DNA of 64,000 bases from Cyanidioschyzon merolae. Taxonomy: Eukaryota. The notes beneath the pieces are model-generated. The model saw only the letters and a list, made by a program, of their open reading frames with translations. It did not search any database and was not told the DNA's origin. The stretch lies in the NCBI GenBank assembly GCA_000091205.1, contig AP006495.2; one strand, written 5' to 3'. This document shows, piece by piece, positions 42,666 to 54,304 of the stretch (positions are counted from its first letter, which is position 1; each line of letters begins with the position of its first letter). The translations under genes and the position numbers were made by a program.

Positions 42666-45092
42666 TCATGGTATCTGAAGGTTGGGCTCCGACGAGCAAC
42701 GACGTATACCAGAGTGCTTCGGGTGACTACTGCCGCTCGCAGGAGCACTGGTTTTCGCTACAGGTGCTTCCGGCGACATGGAACGGCGCGCAGCAATCAT
42801 ATCCATGAGACTCTGGACGGAACCTGACTCGGCAACGGAGTTGGTGCCTGGCGCACTCTGCTTCAGCCTTTCGATTTCGATCGTAAGGCGTTTGGAGAGG
42901 TACTTGCAGAAAAACGGCGATTCCAGTGCGCAGATGGGCACTAAATCCGCTTCGGCGTCATCGAAACAGTGGAACATACCCTGCGTCTTGTTCGATGGCG
43001 TTTCCGCGTCGGCAGAGGTATTGCGTGGTTGTTGGTGCTCTTGGTGCTGTTGCTCGGGCCCAGCGATGGCTGTGGATACTGTTATCGGTCCACTTGATGT
43101 TGATGTCGCTATTGCTGCCTGAAGCTGCTCCTCAAACGCAAAGACTCCATAATCGTCATCCACAAGCGGTACGTAGAGTGACCCAACAGGTTTCGTAGGA
43201 CGCTCGCAAAATAACGACTGTAGCCGCTTGTCTCGTGCAGCACAAACGCGTTCCGCTTCCAGAACGGCAGTTTCCAGTTTGCTTCGACCTTCAAAACGAC
43301 TCTGTTCCGCTCGACCGTAATCCTCAGGAGACGAGTCCTGTGTTCTGTGCGAACGGGCAGCACGAGTTGATTGCCAAGACTCTGCAGAGCGGGTCGAGGA
43401 TGCGTCTCCGTACACAAGCAGACCGATTTGGTAGAGTGTGAGCCCTGCTTGGATTCCAAGCTTCAAAAGCAGGGTGCCAACACAGAGGCTGCGCAAGCTG
43501 CCCTTGCGAAGCGCACGTGGTCCAAGTTCGCGCGTCAGCAACTTCACATCCGCGAATGAGTCCAGTCCCAAGACGTAGCGCCGAACCGAGTCCAACACAG
43601 CCTCCTGGGATTGCGTCCAATCCATCCAGCATGCCCGAGGAACGGTCGGCACCTGCTCTGGCAAAATGTACGCATGATCGATCGCGACAAGTTGCATTTG
43701 GGTTCGCTGCGAGGCCTGTTTGCATTCCTTTTCGCATGATTCCGAGTCCTTCAAAAGGCCTCGGTGCCGAAGCAGCTCTGAAGTGTCACACACGAGCACA
43801 TTCGATGCGTTCCGATCGCACTGCAGCACTCGTATATCAAAAGCGGCGATGCGTTGGACTGATTCAGTATCGAAAACACCAGGGCCAAAGTCTTCGGCGT
43901 CGCCGCGGTTCCTGTAGTACACTTGAAATGCACCGCATTTGGTCTTCCTCGTCATTGTGTCGCCGCAGTTGTCCACAAGCTCACATTTTGCGAGAGCTGT
44001 TTGCGGAATATTCGCAAAGTGCCCGTGATCCAGTAAATACGCTGCACATTCCTTAAATGCACCCTCGGCGGGATGGAAATACATGCGCGCTGGTTGCAAA
44101 GGCAGCTCCGTACCAGCAGTTTCCTCGTCAAACGGTTTGAATATTCCCAACACGCTCTGCGTGCCTGTGGCATTCCGAATGAGATAGGCACCCGATGCAC
44201 CCGATCGGTAGGGTCGCTCGAGACGAGCCCCACCGTTTGTGATCGCTTTTGAGGCACGCTCTGCAGCATCGATGACTTCTTCGAGTTCTACGCGCTCCGC
44301 TACGGCAGCATATAGAGAAAACCCCTGATCGCTACTACGTTCATTGTAATCATTGCGATGGCAGCCATGACGGCGGGTAGATTCCAAAAGAGCTCGGGAA
44401 GACTGCCAAAGCTTGTGCCCCTGCTGCGCACCCATTTCTGTCGGATTCTCTCCGCGTAGAGGTAGCAACGCGATCTCTGCGTCCGCCGCCTCTATAGTAC
44501 CCTGCGATGCCTTTGCGCAGTTGCGCGAAGATGCAACTTTGCCTGGCGCTGAACGCGCGCAGCTGCGACTCGCGTACCCAAAGAGATCGAAGCTCTCACA
44601 AACCGAGCTATACGGGTCTGATCGATCGCCGTTTTCGGGAAACTTACTCACATTTGCTTTCACCTCTGTCGTACTAGAGTGACCAAGGCACGACTCATGT
44701 ATAAGGTTCAGCGCAGAACGAGCCTCAAGACTCCGGAGCCAATTGCTACTTGCAGTCGGGGTTCCGCTTGTCAATGGGCTAAGCTGTATCGACAAATCAT
44801 CGTAGACGGTCTTGTTCAAGGCGTTTGCGACTTGATCATCCATGCTCTTGCTCTCTTCGATGATTGAAACGCCCTTGCTCAAGTCCGCACCTGGTCTCGA
44901 AGTCTGATTTTCATCATCTGATTCACTGTCGGACAAGTCAGCCCAGGAGAAGCAACTTACCATAGTATACGGCAAAGACGATGACCCTTTCCACGCAGCT
45001 GGTACCGCATGGCGCGTCAGCGTTACGCTGTTCGTCGACACGTTCCCATTGTCTTCATTTTCAAAATGCGTACCTGCTTTCATCGATGCCAT
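42666..45092 (-). CDS. Phosphatidylinositol 4-kinase, type II / plant PI4K-gamma-like (PI3_PI4_kinase fold).
   Basis: SGASGAYLIRNATGTQSVLGIFKPFDEE, GAFKECAAYLLDH and CGAFQVYYRNRGDAEDFGPGVFDTESVQRIAAFDIRVLQCDRNASNVLV match the conserved blocks of type II PI4K / PI4K-gamma (GS.GSYF, FKP.DEEP, AAY.LDH, DIR..N.DRH.GN.L). Long low-complexity N-terminal half. Confidence 0.7.
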   Translation of the reverse strand: MASMKAGTHFENEDNGNVSTNSVTLTRHAVPAAWKGSSSLPYTMVSCFSWADLSDSESDDENQTSRPGADLSKGVSIIEESKSMDDQVANALNKTVYDDLSIQLSPLTSGTPTASSNWLRSLEARSALNLIHESCLGHSSTTEVKANVSKFPENGDRSDPYSSVCESFDLFGYASRSCARSAPGKVASSRNCAKASQGTIEAADAEIALLPLRGENPTEMGAQQGHKLWQSSRALLESTRRHGCHRNDYNERSSDQGFSLYAAVAERVELEEVIDAAERASKAITNGGARLERPYRSGASGAYLIRNATGTQSVLGIFKPFDEETAGTELPLQPARMYFHPAEGAFKECAAYLLDHGHFANIPQTALAKCELVDNCGDTMTRKTKCGAFQVYYRNRGDAEDFGPGVFDTESVQRIAAFDIRVLQCDRNASNVLVCDTSELLRHRGLLKDSESCEKECKQASQRTQMQLVAIDHAYILPEQVPTVPRACWMDWTQSQEAVLDSVRRYVLGLDSFADVKLLTRELGPRALRKGSLRSLCVGTLLLKLGIQAGLTLYQIGLLVYGDASSTRSAESWQSTRAARSHRTQDSSPEDYGRAEQSRFEGRSKLETAVLEAERVCAARDKRLQSLFCERPTKPVGSLYVPLVDDDYGVFAFEEQLQAAIATSTSSGPITVSTAIAGPEQQHQEHQQPRNTSADAETPSNKTQGMFHCFDDAEADLVPICALESPFFCKYLSKRLTIEIERLKQSAPGTNSVAESGSVQSLMDMIAARRSMSPEAPVAKTSAPASGSSHPKHSGIRRCSSEPNLQIP

Positions 45093-46305
45093 TGATCGTA
45101 ATATGCACGGCTATGTGATTAAGAGTGTAGCGATCGTTCCAGATTGCCCCACGGCCAGAGTTTGGAGCTAAGAGACGCTTTCAGGGACGCTCAAAATGTG
45201 CTGCGACGTGAATCTCGAGGTCGTGCCACCCCAAGGTGAATCCCGGTGTCCCCGAACTATATTGTCCACTGTGCAGACAAAGACCAAACCCGTAACTGCT
45301 CCGCGCAAGAGAGCGCGTTTGCACGCGCTGGGCCGAACCTGGCCGCAAGTGCGTCCGCGAAGAGAATTCAGTCGTTCAACTTGAAAGCTGCGGTGTGGGA
45401 GACGTATTCGTGAATGCAGTTTGTGTTTCACCTCGAGTCAAAACAATAAAATGTACGTGCCCGGTTCTCAGCTTTAAGGAACACCCAGAACCCCACCTCT
45501 CAAGTCTCCAGCTTGCGTTTGTGAAGCGTTCACGACTCGTGCGCAGCTCGCACGTCGCGTCGCTAACACAAGTCACGCTATGCAGTGGAACTCAGGTGCG
45601 TTACGCTCACCGCTCGGCGCTCTTGACTGCACAAACTTCAGCGCAGCTGGATAGAACGCGTCTGTTTCAAAAACAGCGCTAAACAGAAAACAAACCAGTG
45701 AGCGGACACGGAAGTAACCCCTTGTCTATGTAAACGTCGGAACGACACGAACGAAAGTTCTGACGCCACCTATAACGGAGGCATCGAAATCGGACTATCT
45801 GCGGGCCGAGCTCGGACACGGTCTCGCTCGCGAAGATTCCGGCCTGTAACGTGACACAGAGGGCAACGGACCGGTCGCGTGATCAGCGTCTGCCGTTCAG
45901 GAGCGCCACCGTATGATCACATTCTAGACATAACTGTATATACATGGTCGTGGTGCGTTTCCGCGCATTGCAAGTGCCACGTTTCGCACTGATGCGAGGC
46001 AACTGGAAAACAAGCATACGCAGCGTACTGTCGCGTACTCACTAACGTACGGGTCTTTTCCAGTAGTCGTGAACACTAGTATTTGCGAAATTTTTTTTAG
46101 TGAATGCTTTATTTTGCTGTGTGGTATTGGGCGCTAAATACGCTGGGATCTCCTGTTTCTCCAGCTTCGTCACTAGGAGTCGAAGGATATGACGTCAGCG
46201 TTGGAGTCCCGAAATCGCTGCTTCCGGCTGCTGTTGACGCACTCTAAGAGCAAGCAAAAGTTGCGATACACAATTTATTTGCTTTAGATCTTCTCTATAC
46301 ACAGC

Positions 46306-46665
46306 CTATTTGCGCCATCCGCGGCTTGGACACGAGACTGCGGTCGTGCAACTCATACGTCCCCCGCTCCTGCTCTTCAGAGTGCCGCCCTGTGGCGTGC
46401 GAATCCTTGCTTCTTGGCTGGATATACGCTCTTGACAGGTACTGGAGGGACTGCTTGATGTACGCCCCGTTGCTGCGCCGCGTATGCAGTGCCCGATGAT
46501 CACGGGCATTTTTTTGGGCGATCCCGGCGCCGTCTGCGCTACCTGCGGCATACACAATCGCACGTTGTTCCGTTCTTTAGAGCGTTTGTGGAACCCAGTA
46601 TCGTCCATCATAACACAAGCACCGTCGCCGAGCATCCGACAGAGTACTTTGTGTCCGAGATCCAA
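46306..46665 (-). pseudogene. Possible degenerate DDE (Tc1/mariner-like) transposase fragment.
   Basis: ACVMMDDTGFHKRSKERNNVRL resembles the first-D block (V.FSDES.F......R.RVWR), and MPVIIGHCIRGAATG resembles the GGSVMVWGC block. The fragment overlaps the dispersed repeat at 46345-46500. Weak call. Confidence 0.3.
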
Positions 46666-46953
46666 AGCTCCAGCATTCCTGTTCTCACTGATTCGAGCGA
46701 GCTAGCGACCTGAGGCCCGTCCGCACCTCCGTTGATGATGTTTCCGTCGACGCCACTGTGAAAACCTGGATTTCTCCGAATATCCTATGAAATCGGAGAC
46801 GTATCCGCCGAAACTTTTCGAAGCTTTGCTTTACAACCCACGTATCAAAATCCCCATCAAACACGAAACGCTTGCGCTTCACGTAGATTCAACCTAGGAA
46901 ACCCGTGCCCACACCACGACCAAACCTGTACAGTCTTGTAGTGTCACAGTCTA

Positions 46954-48216
46954 TCACTGATCCTGTTTCGCATAGGTGTCCAAGGCGAAACGAGCGGTCT
47001 TCGCCACGTTCTCGTTCGGGTCCAACAGAAGTGATTCAACCGCCGCGCGTGCCTTGGACGAGTGCCTGCACCAGTGCCCGAGCGACTCGGTCACGGAAAT
47101 ACGCACAAGAACATCCTCGCTTCGGGTAAAGCGCTCGATCGCTCGAACTGAGCGCTGAAGCAGTTCCTGGTCCATCTCCGACTGCGAATAGTCTGCGTAC
47201 GCGAGGTCACCAAGAGCGCATATCACCGTCTGAACAAGGAGCGATTTCCCAGACTCACTGTTCACTTCATGACTGTTCAGTTCCTCGATAAACAGGAGCA
47301 GCGCTTCACGTGCGCGTACCAGCCCAAGGCTCGCCGCCGCGCTCAACCTCACAATCCAGTCCTCGCTCTGTTTCTCAAAACACCCAAGCAAAGGACTCAC
47401 CAACATCGGTTTGAATTGTTCACATCGGCTGCCAACATGGCCAAGAGCGCCTGCAGAAGCTGCACGGGCAGCCGGGTCAAGGTCCTCCTGAAGTACCTCA
47501 ATGAGGGCCTCGACAGCCATCTGGCGCCACTCTTCGACAGCTGCCTCTGACGTCGCCTGACCCTGGCCCAGAAGAATAGCCAGGGAAAAGGCTGCCTGAG
47601 AGCGTGACATTTCATCGAAAACTCGATCCGGTAGCACCAGGGTCGACAGGTTCTTCGGCCGCGAGGAGTCCGCCGCACTTGGTCCGGTTCCTTCGAGTCG
47701 GTTGCGCTCACGAGCGTGCTCAACAGCAGAGCGGAGCACCTGCAATAGCACCGGCACGACGAGGGATCTTGGGTAGAAGTGCGCTTCTTGCATTGCGGTG
47801 AGACGACTTCTCATATTCCCGTTCGCGATGGCTTCCCGCAGCTTTTCGAAACGGCTCTGTGCCTGGGGAATGCCGCCCTCAGTGCGGCACTGTTCTGCAA
47901 CCGTTGCAACCCGGGCTGGCAGCGACAGCAGCTCGCGTACGGCGACACCAAACGGCGTCGCCAACTCAACCCTCTCGTCCCAGTTCCTGCTAGCGCCGGC
48001 GGAAGATGGTTGATTGCGCCCCGATGCTGGGGTGCTACCGCCTGCTCCCGGCGCGAGCTGGGCACGAAGCGTGAAGCGCGCGCTACCTCGTCGTTTCCTC
48101 ACCTCCGAACAAAAGCAGTCGTAACCGATAGTGTTCGTCTTGAGCGTAGTTCTTGTCGATGTGCTTCTATCATAGACGCAAAAATTCGTGATGCTTGGTA
48201 CAAACATTGTGGGCAT
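46954..48216 (-). CDS. HEAT/ARM-repeat protein (PBS-lyase-type HEAT repeats).
   Basis: Recurrent E..VR..A..ALG-type repeats (DVLVRISVTESLGHWCRHS, NENVAKTARFALDTYAKQ, DWIVRLSAAASLGLV, DPAARAASAGALGHVGS). 420 aa. Confidence 0.6.
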   Translation of the reverse strand: MPTMFVPSITNFCVYDRSTSTRTTLKTNTIGYDCFCSEVRKRRGSARFTLRAQLAPGAGGSTPASGRNQPSSAGASRNWDERVELATPFGVAVRELLSLPARVATVAEQCRTEGGIPQAQSRFEKLREAIANGNMRSRLTAMQEAHFYPRSLVVPVLLQVLRSAVEHARERNRLEGTGPSAADSSRPKNLSTLVLPDRVFDEMSRSQAAFSLAILLGQGQATSEAAVEEWRQMAVEALIEVLQEDLDPAARAASAGALGHVGSRCEQFKPMLVSPLLGCFEKQSEDWIVRLSAAASLGLVRAREALLLFIEELNSHEVNSESGKSLLVQTVICALGDLAYADYSQSEMDQELLQRSVRAIERFTRSEDVLVRISVTESLGHWCRHSSKARAAVESLLLDPNENVAKTARFALDTYAKQDQ

Positions 48217-48957
48217 TCACTAGTTTCTGAAAACTGGTACTCCGATAAGGTGAAGTAAGATTGTCGAAGCAGTAACTGTTCATTGCAGGCTTTGCTGCGC
48301 CGCCTCCAGCGCCGATCTGCAACGCTTGTCCAGTGATTTAGAAATGGACGGTCAGCGCGATTTGCTTTGTGTTTCATAGACGCTTACCTTGATCGGGGAT
48401 CCCAGATTGCGGTACGGATGGTACCATTCAGAGATGCGTCCAGCATTTCCATTCCAAGTTCCATAACCCATACTTCTTCTTTGATGTGCTGGTGGTTTTT
48501 TACGTTCTGTCGTGCGCCGAGTGCCTGCCCTGATCGTCCGTGATAGCGCCTGTGCCGCCAGTTTGGATGCATCACAGCGACAGAACCACTTTGCCATACC
48601 GCAGAGGGCGTCGGCTCGGGGCGCGGTTCACTCGCCACAGAATCGAGCCTCAAATTCGATTCGTGCTCAGCCGGTTTGTGGATGCAGACTTGCCTTCGGT
48701 GCACTGCGCGTTGGAGAAATTTGGCTGTTAGGATGTATCCTGGGGGCCGCTTCTCTCTTGCGCGATCGTGTGTGAAATTCGTGTGCGGCTCGCAACACGG
48801 ACTTGTGCTTGGCACCCACCAGTGGGTAGGTGCCCAAAGCGCTGGGCCGACCCGCAATGAACGGTAGTTCAGCGAGAGGCGTTGCGCAAAGGCATGCTCG
48901 CAGCGTCGGCACGCTCAACGCAGCGAAAACGTACCGCTCCAATGAGGTATATGAAGA

Positions 48958-49497
48958 CCCATCAGCAGACGCCTGCCAGCCTTTTCCGACCAGCCGCATG
49001 CTATCGATTTCGGCTTCTCCCTATACATTTCGAGCCTGAGAGGCTACCCCACAGAGGGCGTGCGCGCCAGCTCCCCGGGGCTCCTCTCCGGCGCAGCACA
49101 TCTCCTGATGCTCGTTGCAGCATGAAAGTCTCGGTTCACGAATTCCATTCGTTTATTGCCTCCGTTTGCACTCACCAATGCAAGGAGCACTCGAACTCGT
49201 GCCCTCTGCGCCAATACAACCTCGTCATCGTTCCGTCTCGCAAACACCCTTGCTCGCCTATCTCGCCTTTTCTTCGTCTTCTTCTTCATCGTCGAATGCT
49301 CTACTTTGCTCGATGGTTGGCAAGAGGATAATTTTTTCGTTTGCTTCAAGCATCCGGAAATAACGGCCATCAAGGATCACCCATTTCCACATCCATACCT
49401 TTCCCTTGAATTTTTCGTTTTTTGAAAATGAACGCACTTCGAACGCGTCTGCTATGAGCCTCGACAGAGCATTTGCTGACGCTCGCCCGCTGCGGCT
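48958..49497 (-). mobile_element. Fanzor-like family, copy C: short internally deleted derivative (~0.54 kb).
   Basis: ORF 49044..49373 fuses the N-terminal homology KTKKRRDRRARVFARRNDDEVV (cf. copy A KTKKRRQEVRRQWLQERPQYNETVV) to NKRMEFVNRDFHAATSIRRC (RuvC-III). Plus-strand 49414-49497 is the reverse complement of the family 5' end. The 3' tail (minus strand) tgtggggtagcctctcaggctcg...gaaaaggctggcaggcgtctgctgatggg is ~85% identical to copy D. Confidence 0.55.
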
Positions 49498-49512
49498 TGG
49501 ACTACAATTCAT

Positions 49513-50973
49513 GTGACAAACGGGAACGAGCGTCGATCACCGGCACCGAGCGCGGCGCGTGTTAGGCGCGTGTCCGGCGCGTGTCCGGCGCGTGTCCGGC
49601 GCGTGTCCGGCACGCGTGCAGCGCGCAGACACCTGCCGTCGACGCGGGCATCGGTGAGCATCACGCTCATCACAGGAACGGTAACCGTGGCATGCGCGCT
49701 CCTGCTTGCTCCAGAGCAGGGCTTTGGACTCCTGGTCATCCAAAAGCTGGGAGCTTGTTGCGTGGTTGTCGCAACCACGGTTGTTCGGCACGTTTGGCGC
49801 CAGCAAAGGCCAGGAACAATGGCCTTCGTTCAGCTCGCTTCGAGGAGAACCGGCGGACGAAACCAGTTCCGGGGTCGCGCTGTGGATAGAACGTTAGCGG
49901 GAGGTGTCAGACACCCGAGCGAACGTGGAACTGTAAAGTTTTCCTCAGGTCTGAGGCTGCAACTTACACCGGGGTTCCCTCATTCCAAGGACACTGGGAG
50001 ATCGGGCCGTAGCGACCGGGAGCCTGCATTTTCCGGGGATGCGGATGCGCTGCGCCTTCCTGCCTTGACCAGGGCAGCGCTATCCTTAGCGCCAGCGCTT
50101 GTAACTGTCAGCGCGCAAGACACGTCTGTATCGAGATCAAAAGCTGGAGGCGCCTCTGGAACAAGTCCGATGAATAGTTCTGCGGTCGCATCGTGGCCCA
50201 GAACTGAGCTCACAACCGCAGCGTTTCGATATACGTTCTATTCACTCGGTTCTAACGATAACTTGTACAAGCAAACGCTACAAGCGGAGATACAATCCAA
50301 ATTAATCCACGTGGGCACGGAGGGCGCAGCCCTGATTGTTCGAGTGGATCCAAGCTATGTAGCCTGGGTAGATGACGCACAAATTACAGAGCCGCGAATG
50401 CCCGGGACGCTCGCGGACAGGGTTGGCGGTCGACCGCTGTCCGCCGATGCGCATCTCAGGGGCGGCTCACCAGGGCCGTACCACGCCACAGAATCGATGC
50501 GCAGTGAATTCGTTGCAGATGTCGAACATGGAACTGGAAGGAAACCACATTTCGACCGAGCAGCGTACAAGCGCCTTGACGAGAACCAACGATCGTCGCG
50601 TCCATGCCCTCGGGCGTTGACGTCACCGTACATTGCGGGCGGTGCGCTCCCTTCGGATGAAGAGGGACTCGCTCAAAGATGCCGACTGTATATCGAAGGC
50701 GAAGTTACGCACGCTCTCCCATGTAATGCATCATTCCATGGCCCAAGTCCGCCCGAGTGTTTTATTGTGCGAGTTTTACGAAGGTGCCAGAACGTGTTTC
50801 GACAGTTTGCGGGAAGCGAACCATGCAGCGCATCTCCAACCACCATCGAGGAGTCTGTCGAGGATTTCTGCATTATGTGTTCAGCCCAGAGAGGGAGTGC
50901 AGAGTGCCGCTCTTTTCCTGCGACGCTGGGTACCGGCATTAACGTGGCGTTGAATGCGCTTAGCGCTACATAG
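49513..50973 (+). CDS. Hypothetical ORF; only the C-terminal ~260 codons look protein-like.
   Basis: The first ~200 codons run through the 11-bp microsatellite and Arg-rich GC-skewed sequence. From MNSSAVASWPRTELTT onward the composition is balanced, with a Cys-rich C-terminus. No family recognised. Confidence 0.2.
   Translation: MTNGNERRSPAPSAARVRRVSGACPARVRRVSGTRAARRHLPSTRASVSITLITGTVTVACALLLAPEQGFGLLVIQKLGACCVVVATTVVRHVWRQQRPGTMAFVQLASRRTGGRNQFRGRAVDRTLAGGVRHPSERGTVKFSSGLRLQLTPGFPHSKDTGRSGRSDREPAFSGDADALRLPALTRAALSLAPALVTVSAQDTSVSRSKAGGASGTSPMNSSAVASWPRTELTTAAFRYTFYSLGSNDNLYKQTLQAEIQSKLIHVGTEGAALIVRVDPSYVAWVDDAQITEPRMPGTLADRVGGRPLSADAHLRGGSPGPYHATESMRSEFVADVEHGTGRKPHFDRAAYKRLDENQRSSRPCPRALTSPYIAGGALPSDEEGLAQRCRLYIEGEVTHALPCNASFHGPSPPECFIVRVLRRCQNVFRQFAGSEPCSASPTTIEESVEDFCIMCSAQRGSAECRSFPATLGTGINVALNALSAT
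49555..49600. repeat. (GGCGCGTGTCC)4 microsatellite, 11-bp unit.
   Basis: Direct read. Confidence 0.75.
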
Positions 50974-53900
50974 GTTGTAATAGGCTAGGATGTTATGTGT
51001 ATTGTATTTAAAGCGTAACGTTCTTCAGGGGAGTTTGAAGGACGTGGCTTCTTTGGCCCCTTTTCGAATCGAATCAAATACAATGCCGGAATGCGCTTCA
51101 GAAAGCAGGACGAGCCAGTAGAAGCAGCGCAGGTGCTGTGGAATGGTGCGTTATCCGGAATTGCATACTAGCGGCTGAAGAGCTCTGAGCTCGAAACCCG
51201 TGCGAGATTGGAATGAGCTACTGAAAAGCTCGATCTGTTCCTGCCTTTCGATTTTTCATCTACCTCTTCTTTAGACGTACCACGCTGGATATTCGAAGCG
51301 CATGAAGAGGGGCTCTCGGATTCACTGTTGGGTTCAGGAGTCTCGAGTGTGTTTCCAGAGTCGATCCGTCGGCGCTTTGACGCTGGCATTCGTTACGTCA
51401 CTGGGAGCAAGATGATTCGCGACGCCATCGGATAAGGGTTCGTAATATAACAGATATCATTATCCAGTGCATAGGTGGAAGCCGCCATGCTTCTCGTGTT
51501 TTAGTTGGTACAGCATACTTGAATCGCTTGTGCGTCGAGCTTCCGATTCTTTGGTTTCAAGGCGACGCGTGGTCGCAGCAGTTCGCTCCAATAGAACGAC
51601 GTCGAAAAATATTGGATATCGTCCATTGGCGACTTGTTCACAAGCTCCTGCCGATAATTCGCCGGACTTGTCGCGTGAAACATTCGATTTCATGCTAAGG
51701 ACAAAACCTGCGCCTGATGCGGTCATGAACGAAACGACATTCGACACCAGCTTGATACCTCCGACAAGATATGCCCTCGAGACTTCTTTCTCTTCCAGTG
51801 GCATGGAAACCGATCGTAGACTCTGACACTAGTCGTCGTGGCGACTTGTTTCAGTAAAGCGTGCGTCAACGCTTGGAACGGAGGGAGCGCAGGCCGATCG
51901 ATATCTGTCGACTTGTTTTGCGGTATGGATTTCATATCTGGTACCTGTTTCATCGTTGGCCACATTTCGTTACAGAAGTGCTCCACGAAATGGAACGACA
52001 CGGGCTTGTGTGTGCAGCGGACAAGATCACTTGCCGAGGGATCGCCCAGAAGAAGCGCGTTATCGTAGTGTCGGGCATTGAGCGCGGAAACAGAATGGTC
52101 CATCGAGCGAGGCCTCGTCTACCCGTCAATGAAAAGTATCGAGCGCTAAAGAGAGTGCTCTGTCGCGACAGAGCGGCCTTCAGAGGAGCACGAGCCGAGG
52201 TGGATATAGGGGAGCGTCTGACCTCAACCAAGTGTTGCATAGCTCTGAAGCGCACACCGTGCCTGTTACGGTAGCAGATTCTTTGATCGAGACTTGCGTC
52301 TGTGAATGAGGTGTGTCCATAACAGCCGGCAGATGTGAAATCAGGTCTCTAGCAGAGCCCTCAGCATCATTCGACTACAGGGAACGAAGCATGGAGGAAC
52401 GGAGAGACTGGCGTACCTGGAGAAAGAGCTGGGGTAGCGGAAAAGGAAGCAGTCGCCGAAGAAGCCCGCATAGGCACGTATCGATGACATTGGGAAGAGA
52501 CTCAAAATTTAGAGCGGATGCTCGAATTAGGTACTGTACCCGCTCCATTTCAGTATGACACGGGTGTACCACTGTACTGATTTCTATGAATGTACCAAAC
52601 CGCTGAGCACCTGAGACCATCTCGTGTCTCTTCGTGGGCACCAGCTGATTCCAGTGCAAGTGCATGAGTGTTTTGGGCCACTGCCCATACGCGTCGCTAT
52701 ATCCAGTCTGCCTTGGCGCTCTCAAAGGTCGTTTCCAATAACGTAAGGTTGTTGAACCTGATCAGCGTGTCCCGGATGCAAGATTATTAGCAGCAACACG
52801 GTACAAGTTGCACGTTCCTCTCGGAATCTGATGACATGCCGTTGACTTCAGACCAATCATCTGACCGTGAATTGTGGTTAAATGAATCCAGTGACTATAC
52901 GGGTGCCGAGCTTGCCATGGATGACCCTGGGAAAATTCGCTCAAGGTGCTTTCTCAGACGCCGCAAGCGCTCCAGCGAAGTCATGAAGACATGCTCGCTG
53001 CTGGACAATGCCGCTTTCGAGATCGCGCAGAATACCGTCCGCTCGCTTGCAGGACCCACTTGATACAGCCTTTGTGTCAACACTGCAGCAGTTCAGCTGC
53101 ACTGTTCAGTGCCAGGCCGGAGCGCTCTCGCAGAATTTATACACATGCAGTAGACGTCCACTGGTCGGAGAGCAGAGGCCTCATGCGCCATGGCGCCTCT
53201 GTCCGGTGCTTGCACCCCAACAAGTGCCGCTGGAGAACACAGAGGAACCAGAGTGGAACGAGCCCGACAGCTTATGCCGCATCGTACGCATCTGGGTTTC
53301 TGAGAAACCTAATTCGCAACAATATTCCCAAATCAAACACCTGATGGAGGCGCTTACGAGCAGTGCTGATGCAGGATTAACGAGTCGCAGCCTTCATTCT
53401 CTTCGATCACAAAGCGAGCAGTGCCCTCTGCTGATCGTTCAAAGACAGTATCGTGGTATCCGTGGCCACGCCAGCATGCGTTTGCGCGTGGATAGCGCAT
53501 CTGACTCCACAATCCGTAGTTCATGGGATAGAGCATGCGGGATCACCATGACAAAGCTCAGCAGCGCGTGGCAGTCTATTCACGAAGCGATGCACCGGAA
53601 AGCTCATCCTCAACACGACGCCCGTAAGTGTTGATTGGAGTCAGGCAATCCGCAAATGGCGCCGCAACATGATGAACCCCTCAATCGATGGATGCTGTGT
53701 TTCACCGAGTGGCGCTGCTCGAGCACTGCAAGGCAGTACTAGTTATACAGGTAAGGCGACCGGAAGCTGAACAATTGGAAGAGGTTTGCGCACCCCGAGG
53801 TGCGTCTTCGGGACGAGGCCGTTGGACGAGCTGCTACCGCTGCAGGTGCGCCGCGGTATATCCATCGACAGGGCTCGTTTATTGTACATGTCTTGTGAAA

Positions 53901-54304
53901 CGTATGGACTCAGGAAGAGGCAGCTTGAAAACGCGACGCAACAACCTGAAGAGAGAAGCAGGTGTTGCGACGACGCTCATAACTAATGACGCCATGATGC
54001 AAAATCTTGCATCATTGGGTACAGGGCCTCTTCCCTCGCTGATACCGGAAACGTCGAGCCGCCGCCACACAGCATTCTGCAGTTCCAAACACCATCAAGT
54101 GCTGCAAAGGATACGCATCTATCGAGGGGCCATGAAGGACATTCAAGATCGTTGCAACAGGTTCATGAACACAACCCGCCCTCGGTGGCGGACTCTGCGG
54201 GAGTTCCTGCGCACCGGCGCATTCCGCCTGCGGGGCATCCAGTGTGACTGCCTCTGCACGCGCATCCGGAAACGTCTCTATGGCGGGCGCCTCGCACGCT
54301 TTCG

